Origin: a virus
Lineage: Duplodnaviria; Caudoviricetes
Direction: 5' to 3' (one strand)
IMG/VR virus record: IMGVR_UViG_3300005526_000001
Span: 1 to 58,734 of that record
Length of the DNA: 58,734 nucleotides
Positions 44,635 to 54,672 of the stretch are shown here, piece after piece. A model generated the notes under the pieces. The model searched no databases and was not told the DNA's origin. It saw only the letters and a program-made list of their open reading frames with translations. Numbering within the stretch: position 1 is the first letter of the stretch; each line of letters starts with the position of its first letter. The translations under genes were made by a program, and so were the position numbers.

Positions 44635-47030
44635 TATGCTGCCACCTTTAGATCGAGTTCTTCTAACGAACCCCAGTTAGGTCCGACGGATATGTCTACT
44701 AGAAATGGAACGTCAGTCCAACCAAGTTGTTTTTCTACTTGCGATTCCATTACAGACTTCATCGCGCAAGCCACATCATTAATAGACCCAGTAGGTATAT
44801 CAGCAACAATGCTATCATGTACGGTAGCGACAACGTGTATGCCCATATCAACGAGATCACACAAAGCAGAAAGAGTAAGCCAAGCAGCAATATTCTGTGG
44901 TAAGAAGTTAACTGCTTCACGTTCTACATCTCCCACGTTCTCGTCGGTTATCAAGTGGAAACGTCTTTTATGGCCAAAAGGCGAAACTATCAAACCATCT
45001 TTTCTAGCACGTTGTTTCTGCTCCTTCGTCCAAGCGAGCAAGTCGGGAAACTCAGTCCACCAAGAATTGATATACTCTTGGGCTTCGCGTTCAGGCATGT
45101 GATACATTTGTGCAAACGCCTGTGCGCTTTGCCCATACGTCACCCCGAAGTTGATGTTTTTTGATCTAACGTATTCTTCGTAACTGTAATTCTCACCGTA
45201 GAAAGCGGCTGCCCGCTCTTTGTGTAGGCTTCTAGCAGAATCTCTATAGATCGATAGAAGATTGCTGTCTCCGCTAAGCTTAGCGCATGTTCGCAACTCC
45301 GCTTGAGAGAAGTCTGCTGAGATAATGGCATGGTCTGGAGATGGAAGGAAAAGCGTTCTGATACCAGGTATTTCCGCATATCCTTCACGGGCAATGTTTT
45401 GGAAATTGGGATTATTACTTGACGTCCTACCGCTGACAGTTCCACAAGGGTTAAAGTGACAATATAGCTTTCCGTCTGCGAGGGTTCTGATTGCGAGTCC
45501 TTCAAGGTACGTTCCTTTGAGTTTGGATATCTTCGAAAACTGTGTTTGAAACTCAGCCCAACGAACTATGTGTTCTCTGCGGTTTGGTTTGCACTCGAAA
45601 CGTCCACCAAATATTTCTTCCCTGACTTCTTTTCCTGTAGATGTACGTAACTTTTTCTTCCCGCTATCTCGTAGATTATGTCGTAGACTCCATTCTCCAT
45701 ATAGTACGCTCTGTAGTTGAGATGGGGAAGCTGGATTGAGTAACGGGTGTTTGGTAACGTCTTGGATATGTTCTGTGAGAGCAGCCAATTGCGGGATCGC
45801 TTCTCTCTCATTTATATTGCAAGCCTCCTCAACATCGAAATGAAATCCGTTGAGTTCGACTGTCCTAATTCGCGTACTCGTTTGTAGAAGTCTCTCATAG
45901 AGAGGACGTACAGATCCTCCTCTGTCAGAATCAAGTTGCGGATTAAGCAATTCGTAGAGTTGAAAAGTTCCAGCTGTGTCCCATCCGTTATATTTGTACA
46001 ACTCTCGTTCGGTAAGTCGCCTTTTGGCATCTGTGTCCCCGGAGAACTCCCCTGTTCTTTTAAACTCCTTTACCGTTTTTGGTTCGTAGTCCGGCCACCC
46101 GAACTTAGTGCTAAGTAAATACTCAAGGCTATGATACCCAGGACGCTCGTCGAGACAATAAGACATAATAAAAGTATCAGCATCTACTTCTGCGGGAATG
46201 TTACCGAGTGATAAAATCTTAGTGTCAGCTTTTCCGTTGTGCCAAATGAACCTTCTACCTGAGCCGTAAAATTTTCTGAGGAGATTTCTAACTCCTTCAT
46301 CGCTAATTGCTCCCAAACCGAATACAACAGCTTTCTCGCCTCTTGCAGAGAATCCTGCACAGACTGGCTCGTTAGTTGTTGTTCGCCATTCAAGGTCGGA
46401 AGCCATAATTGCAGGCGCATCTTTGAGCCATCTTCCGAGTGTTCTTGTAGCAACATCAGCATCGTTGATTATCTCCACTTCTGGAAAGACTGGCGGCGGT
46501 GGAGGATCGAACGCTCGCCGAAAATCCTCAACCATATCTGGATATGCATCTGAATTTCTTACAACAAGAGCGGGATTGTTAGTGACGATAACTCGTTGTT
46601 TAACTCCCGCACTTGAAGTTCTATTGTGTATAAAGGGTCGTGCAGTAAAGACGGCTCGATAACGTGTAAGGGCGGTAGTTGCTTCTGTTCCACCAGCGAT
46701 AACCAACGAGCAATGCTTGATCTCTTCTTCAAGTCGCGGCTTACATGCCATAATAGCATCTCTTGGCGGATCGTCCGAACGGCATAGAACAACATTGGTA
46801 GTTATTACGTCCTCTCGTTTAACTCGATAACGCGCCAAGAGATGATCTAATACGGCTCCTGCTCCACGCGGATTCGCAAAAGGTTTCTTAACTACAACAT
46901 CGTACTGGCCTGGACTACGTGATACGAAAGCTATCTTAGAATTCGGGTCCCCGGAAGTCGGAGCACAGGGCATAGAAGCAAGTGGGCATTTTTCACATTC
47001 AGCCAATGGGTGTTTACGCTCTACCACCAA
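44634..47030 (-). CDS. polA: Family A DNA polymerase with N-terminal UDG-family-4-like and 3'-5' exonuclease domains
   Basis: CxxC...TNVVLC...C; Exo SDLE, HNGKAD, YNGWD; GRTSS, ADFSQAELR, KNINFGVTYG, TVHDS. Confidence 0.95.
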   Translation of the reverse strand: MVVERKHPLAECEKCPLASMPCAPTSGDPNSKIAFVSRSPGQYDVVVKKPFANPRGAGAVLDHLLARYRVKREDVITTNVVLCRSDDPPRDAIMACKPRLEEEIKHCSLVIAGGTEATTALTRYRAVFTARPFIHNRTSSAGVKQRVIVTNNPALVVRNSDAYPDMVEDFRRAFDPPPPPVFPEVEIINDADVATRTLGRWLKDAPAIMASDLEWRTTTNEPVCAGFSARGEKAVVFGLGAISDEGVRNLLRKFYGSGRRFIWHNGKADTKILSLGNIPAEVDADTFIMSYCLDERPGYHSLEYLLSTKFGWPDYEPKTVKEFKRTGEFSGDTDAKRRLTERELYKYNGWDTAGTFQLYELLNPQLDSDRGGSVRPLYERLLQTSTRIRTVELNGFHFDVEEACNINEREAIPQLAALTEHIQDVTKHPLLNPASPSQLQSVLYGEWSLRHNLRDSGKKKLRTSTGKEVREEIFGGRFECKPNRREHIVRWAEFQTQFSKISKLKGTYLEGLAIRTLADGKLYCHFNPCGTVSGRTSSNNPNFQNIAREGYAEIPGIRTLFLPSPDHAIISADFSQAELRTCAKLSGDSNLLSIYRDSARSLHKERAAAFYGENYSYEEYVRSKNINFGVTYGQSAQAFAQMYHMPEREAQEYINSWWTEFPDLLAWTKEQKQRARKDGLIVSPFGHKRRFHLITDENVGDVEREAVNFLPQNIAAWLTLSALCDLVDMGIHVVATVHDSIVADIPTGSINDVACAMKSVMESQVEKQLGWTDVPFLVDISVGPNWGSLEELDLKVAA

Positions 47031-47125
47031 GTACCTCGTTTAGTCATGCGTCGCCACTCGCCTTGTACGCCTAACACGTACCCAACGGCAAGGCCGAGTA
47101 GTAGCCAAGCCCACCACGGCATCAT
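47021..47125 (-). CDS. Membrane micro-protein (34 aa, not in ORF track)
   Basis: MMPWWAWLLLGLAVGYVLG...; ATGA-coupled. Confidence 0.65.
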   Translation of the reverse strand: MMPWWAWLLLGLAVGYVLGVQGEWRRMTKRGTWW

Positions 47126-47385
47126 CCTTTACCTATGGGTGCGAATAATAGTTCTTGTCCGTTCGATCGGAAGATTGCGCGTAGGTGTATAAGTAGATCA
47201 CTGATCGCTTCGGCATCATCTTCGTAACCATGTAACACAAGACCACCACGTTCGTCGTCATTAAGAAACACAATACACTTTACATCAGCATCGTACTCTG
47301 TCTGTGTTACTAATGTTACAATCATTGCATCGCACAATCTGGTAAAACGATCATGCGGCTCCGCTGAACGACGTTCGTCGCTCAC
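47122..47385 (-). CDS. Hypothetical protein
   Basis: GTGA-coupled. Confidence 0.7.
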   Translation of the reverse strand: MSDERRSAEPHDRFTRLCDAMIVTLVTQTEYDADVKCIVFLNDDERGGLVLHGYEDDAEAISDLLIHLRAIFRSNGQELLFAPIGKG

Positions 47386-47876
47386 AATGGATTGCCGTCA
47401 GGACCGAGGATCGGAGTTCTTATCATATCGACTATCTGTTGTTTGCGAATGTGTGATTCGTTCATTATTCTGATTCGATGTAGGAATTCATATTTCCTAC
47501 GCGCGAACTCATCCTCAAATTCGTCAGGAGATATACCTGACATTTCGCAAAAAATATCTCGCATCTGCTCCATCCATATAAGCATATCGGTCAGTTCCAC
47601 TTTAACTCCCGGCACAGGGATGGTAGCTTCATATGCGGAGGGGATTCCACGCCAACTCATGCCGGCACGCGCAAACGCAAGACCTTCATTGATGAGATTA
47701 ACACGATTTTCAGTTGCAACTAATTCACCACAATTACCATCACAACCAGACAGGTGAAACAAGTGGTTACTGCAAACAAACAGCACAGGTGGGTTGTCTG
47801 CGTCCCATGTAATGTCTGCCGGTACTTGTGGATTAGGCCCGTTATTCATACCGGGAATCCTCTCATGCTTCTTCAT
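47382..47876 (-). CDS. Hypothetical protein
   Basis: Coupled ORF; CxxHxxHxxxCxxxC; ends ILGPDGNPL. Confidence 0.7.
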   Translation of the reverse strand: MKKHERIPGMNNGPNPQVPADITWDADNPPVLFVCSNHLFHLSGCDGNCGELVATENRVNLINEGLAFARAGMSWRGIPSAYEATIPVPGVKVELTDMLIWMEQMRDIFCEMSGISPDEFEDEFARRKYEFLHRIRIMNESHIRKQQIVDMIRTPILGPDGNPL

Positions 47877-50079
47877 TATCCATACCTAATGCATAGAGTC
47901 TATGACCACGACCTGCCTTTTTAGCATCGATCAAACCGCGTTGGAACAAAGTCTCGATAATCTCCTTTGCCTCCTTCGCGCCTAAACGTTGTCGTTGCAT
48001 CAGTTCTGCTTTTGTAAGACCGTTATGTTCTCTTATGTAATGCAGAGAGCGTCTGAGGATCTTTTCTGCGGTTGTGACGCCCGTATTGGAGATTAGCTCG
48101 ATACTGTAGTGACCCCACTTCTCCATGTAAAACGCGGCTTGGTTTACATCTGATTCTGTAACTTCTAAACGGTTTGCTGAATCAGGTTCTCTACGTGATG
48201 CAGCGACTAGCATACTCATCTTCAATACACTGAATGACATTCGTGAAAACGTAGGCAACGCAAGCATAGATGAATCTGATTGAGCGCCAGTGTGTGTAAG
48301 AATACGCTCGATGCGTCTATAGTTATTCCACGCATCTTCTGTCAAACGCGCTTCTACGCGAGGTCCAGGCATATCTACCTTCTGACCAGCGATTTCAACT
48401 TGGACAGTAGCAGGAGTGTACTTGTCGTGTAAATCAGTAATCGTTCTAATGATACGGTCTTTACGTTCAGTTGATTGAACAGTAGGCGGGCCGGTTCCCC
48501 GAAACCTAGAAAGATCGTTCTCACCGGATACCACAATGAACCTTGGTAGAAATCCAGACAGTATGTATTCGTCGTTGAGAAGCGAGTAAACTTTATCACG
48601 TATCCCGCCTCCGAAGAAGATGAAGTACGGTTCGGATATGGTAATTGTCTCCTTGCGGAGTAGGCGAGTGAGAACTTTGGGAACATCGTAGAGCTGAGTA
48701 AGAGTCTCCGGCAGGCCAGCGAGGTAGTCCTTTTTGTTGATTGAGTCGAAGAGTCCACTTATCTCGTCTTTCCAGAAGATAGATACTCGTCCAGGGCGTT
48801 GCGATAAACCTGTAAGTAGTCCTTCTGCACTTCCATCAGTCGCAAGTATAAGATCATTGTCAACATCTTTAAGCATATCGACTGCGAGACGCATAGCTGT
48901 CGTCTTACGTGTAAGAGTTGATTCTCCAAGCATGAGTCCCCATAAGTTCGGGACAATTTCTCCCCAGTCAACTGCAAGCCATAGTCCAGAGCATATAACC
49001 GACGAAAGAAGGATGAAACACGTAAGTTCATGATACTGTTCTGGCGCATCTGTGGCTTGTGATGCCCATACTTTGTACTCCTTTATGAACGCATCTTCTT
49101 CGATCTTGTCGAAGTCTACCAGATGCGGCATCGTATCTACTGGCTGTATCTTACCAGTTACAATAGCGTTGTAATGACTATGCTCTTGATCTGCCTTAAT
49201 AACCTCACGCCATAGATAACTAACAGGACGATTATCCCGAACGTGTTTGTTACAGGCGGCTTGTGTAGCGATGACATAAACCTCTTCACGAGACATACTC
49301 ATACCAAAACATATATGTATGAAACGCCACATCAGTCTAGACCAATCTTCTGTTTCTGCCGGAGTCCGAGTATACAATCTAGAAAACTCTTCGTCTAGAC
49401 CGTAGATAGTTCTGTACTTTGCGAGGACTAGATTAAAGTCAGGAAGCTCTTCGGGAATTTTATAATCCGCAATGCTCATAGGTGAAAGCTGTTCAGCAGG
49501 CGCAAGTTTTTCAAACTCTTCTACCTCATATGTATCCATAAGGATAGATTGAACAGCCACTTGTTGCGGCGGATTGTACTTAAAATTGTACGTCCACGGA
49601 ACACGTAAAAGTTGGGTCATATCCCAACCGGATTTATCCGCCCCTGTGCTATAAGCTATACGGCGCGAGTATTCTTCGGCCAAAAGCGGAGGAATAGGAT
49701 CGCCCGAAAAACGCCAAAAAGCCTGAAACCTACCCGCACTTGTTTCAAGTACGCAAGTAGGCACAGGCTCAATAGAGGTATAATCTACCTCGTCTAGATC
49801 AGCCCATACGAATGAGCTTGATAATGCATCTTCTTTTGATCGTTTTTGTCTACGCAAGAGAGTAACGCCGAACCAAATGTTATCGGTAATAGCATGATTA
49901 CCGATGTAGGCTGCGGCAGCCATACTTTCGGCTGGCCAAAAGAAAAATTTTTCGATGAAGTTAGCTTTCTCCTTATCTGCTGTCGCTATACACAAATAAC
50001 CTGGAGTCTTATCCCCAAACAAATAAGTAAAGAATTGCACTCGCAGTTCGTTATTCGCGGCTGCTGCGACTTGACTCAT
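47863..50079 (-). CDS. Primase-helicase (RepB-like primase plus DUF3987-like ATPase)
   Basis: VWADLD, ETSAGRFQAFW, QLLRVPWTYNFK; GESTLTRKTT, SAEGLL, DEISG, GFLPRF. Confidence 0.88.
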   Translation of the reverse strand: MSQVAAAANNELRVQFFTYLFGDKTPGYLCIATADKEKANFIEKFFFWPAESMAAAAYIGNHAITDNIWFGVTLLRRQKRSKEDALSSSFVWADLDEVDYTSIEPVPTCVLETSAGRFQAFWRFSGDPIPPLLAEEYSRRIAYSTGADKSGWDMTQLLRVPWTYNFKYNPPQQVAVQSILMDTYEVEEFEKLAPAEQLSPMSIADYKIPEELPDFNLVLAKYRTIYGLDEEFSRLYTRTPAETEDWSRLMWRFIHICFGMSMSREEVYVIATQAACNKHVRDNRPVSYLWREVIKADQEHSHYNAIVTGKIQPVDTMPHLVDFDKIEEDAFIKEYKVWASQATDAPEQYHELTCFILLSSVICSGLWLAVDWGEIVPNLWGLMLGESTLTRKTTAMRLAVDMLKDVDNDLILATDGSAEGLLTGLSQRPGRVSIFWKDEISGLFDSINKKDYLAGLPETLTQLYDVPKVLTRLLRKETITISEPYFIFFGGGIRDKVYSLLNDEYILSGFLPRFIVVSGENDLSRFRGTGPPTVQSTERKDRIIRTITDLHDKYTPATVQVEIAGQKVDMPGPRVEARLTEDAWNNYRRIERILTHTGAQSDSSMLALPTFSRMSFSVLKMSMLVAASRREPDSANRLEVTESDVNQAAFYMEKWGHYSIELISNTGVTTAEKILRRSLHYIREHNGLTKAELMQRQRLGAKEAKEIIETLFQRGLIDAKKAGRGHRLYALGMDNEEA

Positions 50080-50113
50080 TAGCTCTTTCTAGCTAGCGGT
50101 TTGTTTAAATGTT

Positions 50114-50215
50114 AGAGAAACGCACGGGTTCACACGGTTCGGTCGGCTGGCAACAACCCATCTGGTACCGTCCGTTGTGCAGCGCCCGTTACGACCGGAT
50201 AGTCCACGTTCCTCC
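50114..50215 (-). ncRNA. Candidate structured RNA/DNA element upstream of the primase
   Basis: Closing stem GGAGGAACG/CGTTTCTCT and competing internal helices. Confidence 0.35.
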
Positions 50216-50221
50216 AACTTA

Positions 50222-50443
50222 TTAAATACAGGTCCAGATTACCTTAGGACTAATGACATACTGTGTAGGTGTGTCGTATCTGAACTGGTTGTCGGGCGAC
50301 TCAGTTTCCCAAGTAACTCCCCAACACTGTCCACCAAATCCGTTCGTGTATTCGACTATCCTAACGACTCGCGGATCGTCTGGATAGTAACCGTCGTTCG
50401 CGATTATCTCGTCAATGATCGTCTTATTGGTAAACGTTGACAT
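50222..50443 (-). CDS. Hypothetical protein
   Basis: GAAAGGA RBS then MSTFTNKTIIDEIIANDGYYPDDPRVVRIVEY. Confidence 0.75.
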   Translation of the reverse strand: MSTFTNKTIIDEIIANDGYYPDDPRVVRIVEYTNGFGGQCWGVTWETESPDNQFRYDTPTQYVISPKVIWTCI

Positions 50444-50541
50444 GCGGTTCCTTTCCTTGGGTGCTCTTACCTCGATACCGTAATACCGATCCACCCACTA
50501 ACCCACGTTCTTGTCCCTCAGAGCACCCAAGCGTTTAACTA

Positions 50542-51027
50542 CTAGAGCAGACCAGCTCCAGTAGAAGTAGCGTCACCTGCCGAACGAGGCTTGACACCGT
50601 TGACCTTGTTGTTGTCGTAGTCCTCGTCGTACTTCGTGTTGACCTTTACCTCTTGCCCGACCATGTTCTCAGGCTCAAGCGCGAAATCAGGACGCTTGAT
50701 ATCCTCGTCTGTGTAGCCAATCCCCTTGAGGAACCGCGCGAGAATGTTAAGCGTCTTAGCACGCTTGTCGGGGTCGTAATCCGCAGGCGGGAACCAATAA
50801 CGATTCCACACACGGCGATCGTTGTACTGTCCACCGTCGATTGTGAACTCGACGTTGATACCGGGCGTACCGACCGGAAGATTGCCGTCAGGATTCGTGG
50901 TTACGATGGGCGTAACGTTCGTGACGACGGCATCCTTCCAACCGTTCTCCATGTAGTTACCGCGCGTATCCGCACTTGACAGATCGAGAGTGGCAGGAAA
51001 CTCAGGCTGAATCTCTGTCTCAGACAA
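50542..51027 (-). CDS. DUF669-like ssDNA-binding protein
   Basis: INVEFTIDGGQYNDRRVW...; follows AAA_24 gene. Confidence 0.75.
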   Translation of the reverse strand: MSETEIQPEFPATLDLSSADTRGNYMENGWKDAVVTNVTPIVTTNPDGNLPVGTPGINVEFTIDGGQYNDRRVWNRYWFPPADYDPDKRAKTLNILARFLKGIGYTDEDIKRPDFALEPENMVGQEVKVNTKYDEDYDNNKVNGVKPRSAGDATSTGAGLL

Positions 51028-51036
51028 AATTACTCC

Positions 51037-51891
51037 TTACGATGTTGGAGGTATTGTAGCAGCTAGCGCACTAATCGCGCTTTCATCCTTGATTACGGCA
51101 CCACTATCCTTTACGATCTTCCAGACTTGTGGAAGTGTAGGATTATCTTTCATCAGGTCAGGTAGAACCTGGAACCTATCTCGTGCTTGGACCTTTTTGG
51201 TTTTCTTGAACTGAATCTGTCTATTAACCGCCCCCTCTTCTTCGTAGACACTAAGATACCCTGCAACCGAAAAGAAGCCGAGTATCTCATGCCTCATCTT
51301 ACCAGGCATACTCGGCCAAATCCGGTTAATCTTGGTCATCTGATCTTCTCGCTCATCTATGTGAGCAAGCACAATTGTGTGACACGGCAAATCCCTGAAC
51401 GCACGGATGATTACTCTCATGCGCTCACCGTTCTTACCCCATTCACGCGGCGACGGTACATACACATCTACGTTGTCAGGATTGTTAGCCGTGAGCTTCG
51501 CTTGACGCATCACTTCGTTCATATCTATCTTCTGCAACTCAGAGATATTATCAAGACAAACACACTTGTAGTGTTTATCACCTGTGCTGAAGTTCGCAGC
51601 CAGCTTCTCGAAAATACTCGTTAGCGTTGCAAGACTCCGCACAGGTGGTGATACGTCGATCTTAGTGCGATTGCGAATCGTATCGAATCCGCCGTCTATG
51701 TCAATCAGAAGTGCAGGCAAGAATTCTTCCGGCCACTCTTCTGCTGTACCGAAGAAGAATGTCTTACCGGCTGACGGTTCACCATACAACATCATGTTGA
51801 GAAACTCAACCGAACCGTCAAGATTGCGCGCACCTATGAGGTCTTTTACGTTAACTGGTTGTGGTGCTGGTGCTGGAGCTACTGCTGTCAT
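51037..51891 (-). CDS. AAA_24/Sak4-like ATPase recombinase
   Basis: YGEPSAGKT, IDIDGG, LDNISE, IVLAH. Confidence 0.85.
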   Translation of the reverse strand: MTAVAPAPAPQPVNVKDLIGARNLDGSVEFLNMMLYGEPSAGKTFFFGTAEEWPEEFLPALLIDIDGGFDTIRNRTKIDVSPPVRSLATLTSIFEKLAANFSTGDKHYKCVCLDNISELQKIDMNEVMRQAKLTANNPDNVDVYVPSPREWGKNGERMRVIIRAFRDLPCHTIVLAHIDEREDQMTKINRIWPSMPGKMRHEILGFFSVAGYLSVYEEEGAVNRQIQFKKTKKVQARDRFQVLPDLMKDNPTLPQVWKIVKDSGAVIKDESAISALAATIPPTS

Positions 51892-52240
51892 CTCGTTCCT
51901 TTAGTCTTTGAAAGACAGGGCAATCTGTTGTATGCACGTTGTGTTTTGAATGCCTTCCGGCATTACATACGCAATCGTCAAACTCGTACTTACCTTCAAG
52001 TTTCATGTAGAGTTCGTTCAATGCGTAAAGCGCGTGACTACTACAATACGGTACCCCCTTTACCTGTATTCTACTAGGCCCACTACAGCCTCGACTAGCA
52101 CACTTGTCGTCCTTCTCCATGTAACGTAGCGGGCCTATCTGGATCGGACGCTCTTTGCCCTGTGCTGCTTTGCGCAGTTGCTTCTTCTCTTCGAGCTTAA
52201 GTAGTGCGTTTATCTGTTCGTTGGTTAATGCGGGCATCAT
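51851..52240 (-). CDS. Zn-binding hypothetical protein
   Basis: CASRGC...YCSSH and CVC...H...DC. Confidence 0.7.
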   Translation of the reverse strand: MMPALTNEQINALLKLEEKKQLRKAAQGKERPIQIGPLRYMEKDDKCASRGCSGPSRIQVKGVPYCSSHALYALNELYMKLEGKYEFDDCVCNAGRHSKHNVHTTDCPVFQRLKERDDSSSSSTSTTTS

Positions 52241-53580
52241 CTATTCCAGTTAGTTATGTAACCGTCTTTCAACGTTGCTACATAGTCATCGCCCGACTCG
52301 GCTTGGATGCAAGGAGTCCTAAACACGCAGTTCAAACATGAATAGTTCTTGGTCGGGTTAGGATATGGTACCGGATCATTGAGCATATCGTAGGCTTCGT
52401 AGTACAGCCTAGTCATCGCGTTCTTACGCTGCTCGCTATTACGCCACGTTTTCTCTACGTGGATGAATCGCTTGTCACCCTGTTCAAGTAGCCATGCGTA
52501 ATAGTTCTGCAACTTGTCGTCCACGTCGTATACAGGCTTAAGCCCGTAATCGGCGATGAACTTCTCAAACAGTTCTGCGGTTGTTGTCTCGCTTGTACGC
52601 GAGATACTGGGCATCCCATTCTTCAACATCGTCGGCGGTTTAGGATAGCCCTTCAAGATTGCAACGTAGTCGATGAACTCCAACTTGTCGAATTCGTAAC
52701 CATAGAGCTTCGCTTCCAATTCACCAAACGACAGGTAAGACGTACACTGTTCGTCGAGTTCCAGGTGACGAAAGTAGTCCCCGTCCACCTTAGATGCAGT
52801 TTTATAGTCACGTATTCCGTACCTACCAAACTCTAGTTCTTGGATAATCACGTCCATCCTACCTCGGACGTGAACTTGTTTCAATAACTCCGGTGTATCG
52901 TAATCAACGTCATAACCTTGATCCGGTGGAGTACGCTCATACATGAGTGGACCAAAGTCATTACCCGTATCAAAGTCCGGTTCCCAGTCCTTAGGCATCT
53001 CACGCTTATCTACCATGTAAAGCGCTTCGCCCTTATCATTCACTACAGGAACAGAGAAGTCATGCTCTGTCAGGAGTACTCGGAAGTTATCGTTAGCCTC
53101 AGCGTACTCCTTATAGAACTTCATCATCCCTATTCCAAGGTCATGCATCTCCATGAACAACTCTTCGTTCAAGTGTGTGTCAGGAAGAATGTCTTTTAGA
53201 CCATCTACCGTCCAGTAACCATCGTGACCAACGCGCGGGTTACGATCTACAAACTCTGCCACGTCATCGTCAGATACGACCCCACCACGCCATTGAAGAT
53301 TAAACCACGCATCCCACGCAACAGCAGGATCTTCACGAACTACAGGACTGTAGTAACGCTCTAGCGCATGATGGATTCCAGTCCCAAACCATAAGTTCTT
53401 CTGTACGCCATACACGCTTGCAGAAGGAACTAGATTGAACTGGTTAGGACTAGACCACTTCCACTGTCTACGACAGAACTTGAAGCTTGCACGATCAGAA
53501 CTGTGAACAGGTATGATATCCCATTTAGATGGGATCGTTGGTACGGTTGTACTTGCAAAATCAATAGTTGTCATCTTCAT
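52237..53580 (-). CDS. PD-(D/E)XK (Cas4/RecB-like) exonuclease
   Basis: FKFCRRQW, GTGIH, GRMD, DYKT, QCTSY, C-terminal CLNCVFRTPC. Confidence 0.88.
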   Translation of the reverse strand: MKMTTIDFASTTVPTIPSKWDIIPVHSSDRASFKFCRRQWKWSSPNQFNLVPSASVYGVQKNLWFGTGIHHALERYYSPVVREDPAVAWDAWFNLQWRGGVVSDDDVAEFVDRNPRVGHDGYWTVDGLKDILPDTHLNEELFMEMHDLGIGMMKFYKEYAEANDNFRVLLTEHDFSVPVVNDKGEALYMVDKREMPKDWEPDFDTGNDFGPLMYERTPPDQGYDVDYDTPELLKQVHVRGRMDVIIQELEFGRYGIRDYKTASKVDGDYFRHLELDEQCTSYLSFGELEAKLYGYEFDKLEFIDYVAILKGYPKPPTMLKNGMPSISRTSETTTAELFEKFIADYGLKPVYDVDDKLQNYYAWLLEQGDKRFIHVEKTWRNSEQRKNAMTRLYYEAYDMLNDPVPYPNPTKNYSCLNCVFRTPCIQAESGDDYVATLKDGYITNWNR

Positions 53581-53767
53581 CCTTAATAAAGCCGGTATCT
53601 AGATTATGAGCTTTTGCATATTCACGCACAGACTTTCTCAATTCATCAGTATCAGATTTGATTTGCGTAGAATATTCCCATATGACGCCTTCTGCTGCTT
53701 GGAAATAGGCTTTTAGCAAATCTTGATGGGTGCTATTTGGTGTCAGCACTACATTAATAGAAGTCAT
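53561..53767 (-). CDS. Hypothetical protein
   Basis: AAGGGGGTG RBS. Confidence 0.7.
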   Translation of the reverse strand: MTSINVVLTPNSTHQDLLKAYFQAAEGVIWEYSTQIKSDTDELRKSVREYAKAHNLDTGFIKDEDDNY

Positions 53768-54218
53768 TTTCGCACCCCCTTTTCCATTCTAACCATTTTT
53801 CTTGACTCCAACGAGGATTCGGGATTATGTGTAGTTCACCGTTGTGTAACGCATCTGTACGTTCTATGGCTTGAAGAATTCTATCCGCAAGATCAAGCGA
53901 TGTAGTTTTAGTCTTGACTTTCATTATCTTGCGAAGAACACCTGTGTCTTGATTAATCATTTGGCCTAGCTTTTCGATTGCTCCCATCTGTGGTTGGCTT
54001 ACAGCATTTGAAGCGTTTCGATAATCTCCCACCCACGATGTTTGACCAAAACTGCTATTAGGCATTTCGTTTCTCGCAAGTGGTGGATGATCTGCACGAA
54101 ACTCATTTACCCAACGATTTACTATCACCGATAGTTCAGCAGTAGCAACTACGAGCGGATCTGATGCTCCTCCGTTACCCGTCGTAGTCGCGAAGCTCCT
54201 GTAGGTTGACTTCAACAT
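53754..54218 (-). CDS. Possible XRE-like HTH protein
   Basis: IEKLGQMINQDTGVLRKIM....TTSLDLADRIL. Confidence 0.55.
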   Translation of the reverse strand: MLKSTYRSFATTTGNGGASDPLVVATAELSVIVNRWVNEFRADHPPLARNEMPNSSFGQTSWVGDYRNASNAVSQPQMGAIEKLGQMINQDTGVLRKIMKVKTKTTSLDLADRILQAIERTDALHNGELHIIPNPRWSQEKWLEWKRGCENDFY

Positions 54219-54432
54219 CTAGCATGTTGCATGAATCAAGTACCTCTTGATAGGCCATGATAGTCATTGTCGTTAGGTTGATACGATCAGTCTGAGACAG
54301 TGTACCACCTTCTTCTACTACTAGGTCTATGCCGCAAACCAACGCTTGTGCGAGTGCTCTTGAACCAGTCGCACGCATTGTTGATCTAGCGGCTTCTACA
54401 CTAATTTTCGGACTCGTCATCATAGTTCTCAC
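54175..54432 (-). CDS. Hypothetical protein
   Basis: Overlap-coupled. Confidence 0.6.
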   Translation of the reverse strand: MRTMMTSPKISVEAARSTMRATGSRALAQALVCGIDLVVEEGGTLSQTDRINLTTMTIMAYQEVLDSCNMLDVEVNLQELRDYDG

Positions 54433-54634
54433 TTTGGTCTAGGCAACCATCGCATTGATACGCACCTTCGTCGAGAGACAATTCTTCTACCATATCGAGC
54501 GTCACAGCTAAGCTGCCCGTATACTCTCCTTTCGCGGTTCTGTCCAAATCCGTTTGTACGCACTTACCACAGAGTATGGTTCCTGTACCTTCGTACTCAT
54601 ACCACCCTGCGTGGTCTATACGCTTAACAGCCAT
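54401..54634 (-). CDS. Zn-finger hypothetical protein
   Basis: CGKC...CDGC. Confidence 0.7.
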   Translation of the reverse strand: MAVKRIDHAGWYEYEGTGTILCGKCVQTDLDRTAKGEYTGSLAVTLDMVEELSLDEGAYQCDGCLDQSENYDDESEN

Positions 54635-54672
54635 TTACGGTTTTCCTGTTCTCGCGGTTCGATGTATGTCAG

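Noticed and set aside
44634-47030. Z-genome or alternative genetic code
   Set aside because: No purZ or datZ-like genes; genes are intact in the standard code and use all three stops
50114-50215. ZTP (pfl) riboswitch or twister ribozyme
   Set aside because: GTCGTAACGGGCG resembles the pfl 5' end, but the CGCCTGGGC hairpin and the twister core are missing
52237-53580. Cas4 as part of a CRISPR system
   Set aside because: Context (AAA_24, DUF669) is a standard phage recombination module
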